Of a stretch of 64,000 bases of DNA, positions 57,360 to 64,000 are shown piece by piece. The notes under the pieces were generated by a model that was given only the letters and a program-made list of their open reading frames with translations, searched no databases and had not been told where the DNA came from. Made by a program: the position numbers and the translations under genes. Origin of the DNA: a bacterium (GTDB taxonomy: Bacteria > Zhuqueibacterota > Zhuqueibacteria > Oceanimicrobiales > Oceanimicrobiaceae); the NCBI GenBank assembly GCA_046758365.1, contig JBHIAC010000003.1, forward strand, positions 1 to 64,000. The letters run 5' to 3'. Each line of letters starts with the position of its first letter. Positions within the stretch are counted from its first letter, which is position 1.

Positions 57360-59219
57360 ATGGAAAATAAACCTGTATTAAAAAAAACCGACATAAAAAG
57401 AAACATCGAAGACAGAGACATGAGTGATTCAACCATTACATTCACGAAAAGTCTCAGTCGGTTGGCTCAAGCGCTTCTTAATCGGGGCATCATCAATGAG
57501 GATATGATTCAAAGGGCAGCGGCCATTCAAAGCCGGGAACCGCGCAAAGCCAAACGAAAAATAGTTGATATTTTAATTCATGATTTGAATGTTGACAGAA
57601 ATGCCATCTATGGCGAAATTGCTCGTTTGTACGGTTTTCAAACCATCAATTTAAATGAGCAAACAGTTGATCGGGATAGAATTGAATTTATTAAGGAAAT
57701 AATATACAGTCTACCTGAATCCGTTTATAATCAGTTTCTTCATAAAAAAATATTACCTTTCAAGTGGCATGATTATAAAAGAGATGTTCTGGTACTGGTT
57801 ACAGCAGACCCCACAGACCAAGAGGTACACGAACTGGCCAAAAATTTAGATATTGCAGACTTCGAAGTGGCTTATGCTCCCTTAGAAGATTTAGAAACGA
57901 TAATTCACGAAGTTTTTTATTCTAATAATGAGTTTCTCCAGAAAATATTTGATGAATCTCAAGATATTGAAATATTTGATGACGGTTCCGGGCAGATTGA
58001 TGAAGAAGCCTTAGATAACGAAATAAACAAAAGCCGGCTAACAAACTTAGTTGAAGGTATGTTAGTTGAGGCGGTACGAAAAGGCGCCAGCGACATTCAT
58101 ATCTTACCTAAGGAAAACAACGTTACCGATATGTACTTTCGAATAGATGGCAAACTCCAAACCTGGTATGCTTCAACTGAGATCAAACCTGAGGCGGTCA
58201 TAGCTGTGATCAAAGACCGAGCCGTAAATATAGACCGATTTGATAGATCAGTAGCCCAAGATGGGTACATTCAAAGAAAAGTAGATGGTTACTATATTCG
58301 ATTCCGTGTTTCAGTGATTCCAATAGTCGGCGTTGAATTTGACCGCCGATTTGAAAGCGTCGTCATTAGAATTTTAGATGACCGCAAAATAATTACCGAC
58401 CTGGAAAAACTTGGCTTACAAGCACAGGCGTTGCAAGACTTTAAGAGATCGATAGAACAACCCCAAGGTATGGTTATTCTTACCGGGCCAACCGGCAGTG
58501 GAAAAAGTACGACTTTGGTGGCTGCTCTTAGTCATGTCATGGACCCCAGCAGAAATGTATTAACCGTAGAAGAACCCGTTGAATATTTGATTAATGGGGC
58601 CAGGCAGATAAAACTTAATCCAAAACTCAATTTTGATCAAGCTCTTCGCTCCATTTTGCGTCATGATCCCGATACTGTGATGGTGGGAGAGATGCGAGAC
58701 CTCAAATCAGCCGAAATTGCCATCTCTTTAGCCAATACTGGACATTTAACTTTTACAACCTTGCATACAAATGATGCGCCTAGCGCTATCTCTCGACTTT
58801 ATATGTTGGGGGTCGAACCATTTCTCATTGCTAACGCCATAAATATCGTCATGGCTCAGCGGCTGGTTAGAAAACTTTGCCCAGGTTGCAAACAACCCGA
58901 GGATAATCCGAATCCCGAATTCCTGTTGAGGTTAGGGTTTACTAAAGAAGAAATAACTAAAACTACCTTTTATAAACCAGTTGGTTGTAAGAACTGCTTT
59001 GAAGGATATAAAGGCAGAATAGCAATCAGCGAGGCTCTGCTTTTTAATAAGGAAATTAGACATGAAATATTAAGAGCTAAAGACGAAATTGATGAAGAAG
59101 CCATAAGGCACATAGCCGAATCAAATGGTATGTTGTCTTTAAGAGAATCTGGAAAAGAAAGAATAAAACAAGGATTTACTTCAATGAAAGAAGTTGTGGC
59201 AGCTACGGTTGAGCAGTAA
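57360..59219 (+). CDS. pilB: Type IV pilus extension ATPase (PilB/GspE)
   Basis: ASDIHI, GPTGSGKST, LRHDPDTVMVGEMRD, TGH..TLHTN, CPGC/CKNC Zn motif, GYKGR. Confidence 0.93.
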   Translation: MENKPVLKKTDIKRNIEDRDMSDSTITFTKSLSRLAQALLNRGIINEDMIQRAAAIQSREPRKAKRKIVDILIHDLNVDRNAIYGEIARLYGFQTINLNEQTVDRDRIEFIKEIIYSLPESVYNQFLHKKILPFKWHDYKRDVLVLVTADPTDQEVHELAKNLDIADFEVAYAPLEDLETIIHEVFYSNNEFLQKIFDESQDIEIFDDGSGQIDEEALDNEINKSRLTNLVEGMLVEAVRKGASDIHILPKENNVTDMYFRIDGKLQTWYASTEIKPEAVIAVIKDRAVNIDRFDRSVAQDGYIQRKVDGYYIRFRVSVIPIVGVEFDRRFESVVIRILDDRKIITDLEKLGLQAQALQDFKRSIEQPQGMVILTGPTGSGKSTTLVAALSHVMDPSRNVLTVEEPVEYLINGARQIKLNPKLNFDQALRSILRHDPDTVMVGEMRDLKSAEIAISLANTGHLTFTTLHTNDAPSAISRLYMLGVEPFLIANAINIVMAQRLVRKLCPGCKQPEDNPNPEFLLRLGFTKEEITKTTFYKPVGCKNCFEGYKGRIAISEALLFNKEIRHEILRAKDEIDEEAIRHIAESNGMLSLRESGKERIKQGFTSMKEVVAATVEQ

Positions 59220-59316
59220 GGAATGGCTTTTGAGGAATAAGGGTATAAGGTATAAGGAAATATGGTATTCGTGTTCGGACTAATAAATGGGGAATTAAAT
59301 TCCTTTCTCATCGTGT

Positions 59317-59339
59317 GTTCGGGATTCCAAATCCCGAAC
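59317..59339. repeat. REP-like palindrome GTTCGGGATT-CCA-AATCCCGAAC
   Basis: Perfect 10-bp inverted repeat between pilB and pilT. Confidence 0.7.
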
Positions 59340-59450
59340 GAGCTAGTAATTTATCGTGCAAAAAAAATAATTAATAATACTATCAATAACTATTTTTACT
59401 GCGCTGCGGTTAATTTTAGCAGTATTAACTTGTGAGTTTAACAAAGTCCG

Positions 59451-60683
59451 ATGGATTTTCAAAAAACCAGACAAATTATAAAAAAACTTTCCAAGGATAT
59501 CAAACCACATTTATTTGGTGAGACGCGTTGGATCTTTATCAATAATTTGCTGGAAGAACAGCCCGACGAAATCAAATTAGCAATAAAAAGTCATTTTGAT
59601 GCCTTTCTAAAAAGGATGAAAAAATTAGAGGCATCAGATATTGACTTAGGAGGTCCAGGGTGTAGAAATCAAATTTGGTACCGAATTTTTGGCAACAAAA
59701 AACCAGATTCGATTTTTAAAGAATACAGCATCGACGAAACGGACCTTTTAATTTGCAATATACTCACCAAATCTGAACGTAAGAAACTTTATAAGCAACG
59801 TAATCTAGACTTTTCTTATAGAGTTTATGATAATGAAAGTAATGTTTGGACGCGATTTCGGGCCACGGTCTATTTTGATCTTCTCCATTTGACTGTGAAT
59901 ATGCGTCGTATAAACGACCAAATCATACCCTTTACCCAACTTGGCCTTCACGAAGAGGTGGCCAAAGCACTGAGCTTAAAGTATCAAAAATCTGGCTTGA
60001 TTTTGGTGACGGGCATCACAGGTTCAGGAAAAAGTACTACCTTGGACTCCATTATCGATGCCAACAACAAAACCATGGAGTCTCACATTGTAATTATATC
60101 GGATCCGATTGAATATGTTCATATACCTATCAAATCTATTGTAAAACATCGAGAAATTGGCCGGGATGTCCATTCATTTAAAGAAGGTACAATTCAAGCT
60201 TTGCGTCAGGATCCGGATATTATCATAATCGGAGAGATGCGGGATGCGGGCACCATCATGACTGTTTTAGAGGTGGTGGACAGCGGCCACAAAGTTTTTT
60301 CAACCCTTCATACCTCATCTGCGGTCGAGAGTATTGACCGCATTCTTGGGGAAATACCACCCGAAGAGCAAAATCGTATTCAGTCAAGATTAGCAGATGT
60401 TTTAACCTGTGTTATTTCACAAAAATTGATTCCCAGTAATGATGGCAAACAGGTTCTCGCTAAGGAAGTCATGCTAACCAATTCCTCGATTAGGACCGCG
60501 ATCAGAAATAACAATACCGGGGAGATTTATCAAATTATTCATCAGTCAAATGAACATGGTATGAATACCATGGAACAGGATTTAGCAAGATTGTATTCAG
60601 ACAATACAATATCTTATTTCGAGGCTTATATCAACGCTAATAATAAAAAGAGATTTGAAGAATTAGTAAAGTACAGTTATTAA
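59451..60683 (+). CDS. pilT: Type IV pilus retraction ATPase PilT/PilU-like, with N-terminal extension
   Basis: GITGSGKST, DPIEYVH, HREIGRD, ALRQDPDIIIIGEMRD, STLHT, SIRTAIRN (AIRNLIRE-like). Confidence 0.88.
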   Translation: MDFQKTRQIIKKLSKDIKPHLFGETRWIFINNLLEEQPDEIKLAIKSHFDAFLKRMKKLEASDIDLGGPGCRNQIWYRIFGNKKPDSIFKEYSIDETDLLICNILTKSERKKLYKQRNLDFSYRVYDNESNVWTRFRATVYFDLLHLTVNMRRINDQIIPFTQLGLHEEVAKALSLKYQKSGLILVTGITGSGKSTTLDSIIDANNKTMESHIVIISDPIEYVHIPIKSIVKHREIGRDVHSFKEGTIQALRQDPDIIIIGEMRDAGTIMTVLEVVDSGHKVFSTLHTSSAVESIDRILGEIPPEEQNRIQSRLADVLTCVISQKLIPSNDGKQVLAKEVMLTNSSIRTAIRNNNTGEIYQIIHQSNEHGMNTMEQDLARLYSDNTISYFEAYINANNKKRFEELVKYSY

Positions 60684-60686
60684 AAC

Positions 60687-62351
60687 ATGAAATCAAAACT
60701 GGCTATTGGAATTGCAATTAACGGAAATGAGGTTAGAGCAGCCTGTCTCAGCCTCGTTAGGGGAAAAGCCTGCATCATGGCGTTAGAATCGACCACTCTG
60801 ACTTCGCCATTAGAAAATTCAAAACAATCTGATAAAAATCAAGAGAATGTTTCAAACGAATTAGAAAAGGCCTTTAACATCGATGATCCGCTTACCAAAA
60901 AAGATGAACAAGAGGAAGAGGTTTCTGAAAGTTCGAGCCAAGAAAACAATGTAAGTATTGTTTATTCATTAATTGATAAATTTCATGATTACAATACAAA
61001 TGTAGGGGTTAATGCTCCCATCTTAACGGTGAAGTATGACCATCTAAACACGGAAAATATTTCCAAAGATAAAAATTTCAAAAAAAAGATTAAACAAAAA
61101 ATCGATATCTGGGGAAACGATGATGAATCCAAACGGACTAATTACCTGAACATTAGCAGTGATAAGATTCTTAAAATAGATTATGAATACCACCCTCCTA
61201 TTGTAGACCTGATTGAAGAAGTCAACCAGTTCCGGGCAGGTCATTTGAATATAGTGCTTATGGATACCAATGAACTGGCCTTGGTGGATCTAGTTAAGGA
61301 AATTTACAAACTGAAAAAAGAGGATATTGCGGCCATTATTTATATCGAACAAGATTTCTCAAGGGTCATCTTCTTAAAAGGTCAAACAATTCATCACATC
61401 ACCCCTATTATTCACAAGGGAAGCTTATCCCCGGATGTAATGGATGTCATTTATCGCAAGATTATTTACGCACAAGATCAACATTTTATTCCAGAGTTAA
61501 ACAATATATTTTTGGCATCCCACTGTTCAAAACTGAAGGCCAAACGGTATTTCAGACAAAAATTTCCTTACGCAATCACAGGTTATATAAATTCCAAAAA
61601 GATTTTATCAGAACTACGGTTTAAGGACCGCGGGCTTCTTTTTTCACGATATGCGATTGCGATAGCCTTAGCATGGAAAGCTTTGCAAAAAAGAGTTGTA
61701 TCCTCAAGAAGCACAAATTTTCTTCCTGATTATTTATTAGAACGGCAAAAAATGCCAAAGTTGGCCTTTCACGGTTATATCCTATTAATACTTTTAGGGC
61801 TAACCGCTTTTGCTTTCACTTGGATGCTTATTACTAAAAATGTTCAAATCAGAAATGTCACTCAAAAAAACAATCTCATAAAGTCACAATTTGAAAATAA
61901 TCAATCTTTAGCAGATAAGGTAAAACATTTTGATGAACAAATTATTGAATTCCAGAAAAAAATTGCCTTAGTCGATAGCTTTAGTCAGGGCTATGATGAA
62001 ACCATCCAATTTCTTAATAAACTAAATCAAAGTATTCGTAAAACAGGGGATATCTGGATAACTCAGTTAAACAAACAAGGCAATTTGGTAAATGTTAAAG
62101 GCATGTCCAAGCGGCGTGGAAAAATACCAATTCTTTCCAATACTATTGGTGGAGCTAGTTTAAAAAAAGTAACCAGATCCGAATTTCATCAAACCAAAGT
62201 CTTTACTTTTCAAATGGACAAGAAGATCGATGGAAATGTTAAAACTCAAAATTTAAGCTTACTTTCAGTGATAAAAGGCAAAGAGGCTGAAACTAATAAA
62301 GGGATAAACAACATTTCAAAATCCAAAGTCAATTCTAAAAGTTCAAAATAA
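60687..62351 (+). CDS. Probable PilM-PilN fusion protein
   Basis: Actin-like N-terminus (AIGIAING.EVR; IIYIEQDFSRVIF), TNFLP linker, TM, coiled coil, IWITQL PilN motif. Confidence 0.7.
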   Translation: MKSKLAIGIAINGNEVRAACLSLVRGKACIMALESTTLTSPLENSKQSDKNQENVSNELEKAFNIDDPLTKKDEQEEEVSESSSQENNVSIVYSLIDKFHDYNTNVGVNAPILTVKYDHLNTENISKDKNFKKKIKQKIDIWGNDDESKRTNYLNISSDKILKIDYEYHPPIVDLIEEVNQFRAGHLNIVLMDTNELALVDLVKEIYKLKKEDIAAIIYIEQDFSRVIFLKGQTIHHITPIIHKGSLSPDVMDVIYRKIIYAQDQHFIPELNNIFLASHCSKLKAKRYFRQKFPYAITGYINSKKILSELRFKDRGLLFSRYAIAIALAWKALQKRVVSSRSTNFLPDYLLERQKMPKLAFHGYILLILLGLTAFAFTWMLITKNVQIRNVTQKNNLIKSQFENNQSLADKVKHFDEQIIEFQKKIALVDSFSQGYDETIQFLNKLNQSIRKTGDIWITQLNKQGNLVNVKGMSKRRGKIPILSNTIGGASLKKVTRSEFHQTKVFTFQMDKKIDGNVKTQNLSLLSVIKGKEAETNKGINNISKSKVNSKSSK

Positions 62352-63253
62352 TGTTTGCAAGAAGAAATAGTATAACTTTAGTTATAATATGGATATTACT
62401 GCTCATTATCGGAGTCTTTTGGTACATAAAAGATACCCGGAAATTGGTTGAAGTGTTTAATCAACAACGCAATCTATCAAATCTTTTATCTAAATCGCAA
62501 AAAGAAATCAAAAGGCTTACGGAAGTCGAAAAATTACATGATGAACTAAGAGAGCAGTGGTTGAATTCGTCGAAGAAAATTATTACGGCTGACGAGCCAT
62601 CTTTTTCACTGTCCTACATTAACTGGATAAGCTCTAAAAATAATCTATCTTTGGACTATGATTTTGTTTTAAATGAAAAAAAGAAGTCCGGTAACTTTAT
62701 TAAATTTGTGTATACTCTGTCTGGGGAAGGTACCTATAATGAAATATATAAATTGATTTGGTATCTCACTTACGAACCAATTTTATATAAAATAAATTCG
62801 ATTAGTCTCAGTCGCACTGATGAAAATTCTGAATTACTAAAATTTAATATAAAACTACAAGGATTCACAGTGGAAAATGAATCTGAGATAAGTGAAGATT
62901 TTACTGATCTAATACCCACAAACCAAAAGGTAGTGAAGCTCCAAAATGATATATTTTCACCCTTGGTTAAATCAAAACCAGTGGTAGTAAAGACACCAAA
63001 ACGTGAAAAACCCAAACTTCCGCCTAAATTACCAGGACAAATTGACGTTGAAAAAGCAATGTTAAAGGCGGTTACCAATAACTCAATTTTTATTTCAGAG
63101 GGAAATAGTGGGGTTGTAGAATTAAAAATTGGTGATCCTGTGTATTTAGGCAAGTTGGTTGGAATAAATCAAAAAACTAATGAAGCGGAATTTATCATAA
63201 CTAAATTTGGGAAATCTCAACGAATAATTTTAGGAATTGACCATCGAAAGTGA
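62351..63253 (+). CDS. Probable PilO(-PilP-like) alignment protein
   Basis: TM, coiled coil, LSGEGTYNEIYKLI..I.SISL ferredoxin-like motif, DIFSP plus Pro-rich linker and beta domain (LKIGDPVYLG). Confidence 0.65.
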   Translation: MFARRNSITLVIIWILLLIIGVFWYIKDTRKLVEVFNQQRNLSNLLSKSQKEIKRLTEVEKLHDELREQWLNSSKKIITADEPSFSLSYINWISSKNNLSLDYDFVLNEKKKSGNFIKFVYTLSGEGTYNEIYKLIWYLTYEPILYKINSISLSRTDENSELLKFNIKLQGFTVENESEISEDFTDLIPTNQKVVKLQNDIFSPLVKSKPVVVKTPKREKPKLPPKLPGQIDVEKAMLKAVTNNSIFISEGNSGVVELKIGDPVYLGKLVGINQKTNEAEFIITKFGKSQRIILGIDHRK

Positions 63254-63332
63254 CTTATATCCTAACTTGGCGGAGCTGCAAGTAGAATCAATCCCGAATA
63301 AGTTTTGGGATTCGATCTAATAAAAGAGAAAC

Positions 63333-63438
63333 GGATTGTTCCATTGTTCGATTGTTGAGCCTGAGGAACTGTCGCGGCCAGTATGTATTCATATTTCCAA
63401 GAATATAGCAATTTAACAATTCAACAATAGAACAATCC
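63333..63438. repeat. Inverted array of 8-mers ATTGTT.. / ..AACAAT
   Basis: GGATTGTT CCATTGTT CGATTGTT ... AACAATTC AACAATAG AACAATCC. Confidence 0.7.
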
Positions 63439-63552
63439 CCATTTATTATTCCGTGATATATAAAAGTTCTTTGCAAAAAAAACAAAGATTTGATTGATAA
63501 TACTATAAGGGCATTGGAACACATAGAGACAAAATCAATTAACAAGGCAAAT

Positions 63553-64000
63553 ATGATGAAATATGACAATTGGAAGTATGTAGTCCAATTTGCACTACTT
63601 CTTTTATTCGCGGTTAAATTACTATCGCAGGAAACCATTCCCAGAGAATACAATCCCAACGAATTTGTGTCATTTGACAGAAGTCTTTCAATGAAAACAG
63701 CGTTGGATATTTTAAGCCAATTTAGTTCAAGATATGAAGGGAAAATTATCATTGATCCACAAGGACAGTCGGGGTCTATTGGCGTGATGGTGAACAACAT
63801 GTACTGGAAAAGAGCCCTGGAGTACATTTTACGCTCTAACCTGTTGAAATATGTTGAGCACGAAAAGTATTACGAAGTAGTTCCCTTAACTGCTGTCAAG
63901 AAACCTGAAATTGGGAAAAAAATAATTAATCAAACAACAAGAGAGATTGAAATTCATGCGATCTTTTTTGAGGCGGATTATCAGGCTCTGGTTGAGGCTG
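63553..64000 (+). CDS. pilQ: PilQ-like secretin, N-terminal part (runs off the window)
   Basis: Manual translation: signal peptide, N0-like IGVMVNNMYWKRALEYILRSN, then REIEIHAIFFEA..LVEA (secretin-domain start); absent from the ORF track. Confidence 0.75.
   Translation, partial: MMKYDNWKYVVQFALLLLFAVKLLSQETIPREYNPNEFVSFDRSLSMKTALDILSQFSSRYEGKIIIDPQGQSGSIGVMVNNMYWKRALEYILRSNLLKYVEHEKYYEVVPLTAVKKPEIGKKIINQTTREIEIHAIFFEADYQALVEA

Noticed and set aside
14491..62770. Numerous antisense ORFs in the track (e.g. 14491-14946, 28158-28553, 48843-49220, 49311-49877, 58970-59311, 62770-63153)
   Set aside because: They lie opposite well-supported genes and have Ser/Phe/Ile-rich shadow composition with no motifs.
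63288..63827. 179-aa minus-strand ORF
   Set aside because: Antisense to the pilQ-like gene and runs through an 8-mer repeat element.

Overview
This is an AT-rich bacterial chromosome segment. The T9SS-type C-terminal domain, TIGR03545/6 pair, 'MGQQQLLL' pilin and sigma70/sigma54 promoter style suggest an FCB-superphylum lineage such as KSB1 or Calditrichota (inference). Bases 1-~750 are an out-of-context, start-less Cys-rich 'CCGDD' reading frame, probably a contig join or foreign DNA. The window then runs: hicB-hicA and two gene relics; a six-gene GT2/methyltransferase/radical-SAM/flippase-like/deacetylase operon; housekeeping genes; an NtrC-type activator next to a sigma54 promoter driving a large sigma-like unknown plus a zinc-finger (HxxxCxxC) protein; a pseudo-receiver/DUF4388/pseudo-GTPase triad; cystathionine beta-synthase and gamma-lyase, tsaC and an LMW phosphatase; a tRNA-Val locus with extra copies whose T-arm is replaced by a CCCGA..TCGGG hairpin, flanking a toxin-antitoxin mini-island; a nonsense-interrupted paralogue of the sigma-like gene; a two-component/HD-GYP operon; an RsbW-STAS-Mla-SLT operon; and a second sigma54 promoter with the same tandem enhancer boxes, ahead of a Ser/Thr kinase, FHA/FG-GAP protein, PP2C and pseudocyclase/pseudokinase cluster that leads into a compact type IV pilus operon. 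Intergenic DNA is rich in MITEs, REP-like hairpins and inverted arrays of 7-8-mers. All family calls come from motif recognition by eye; no database searches were run.
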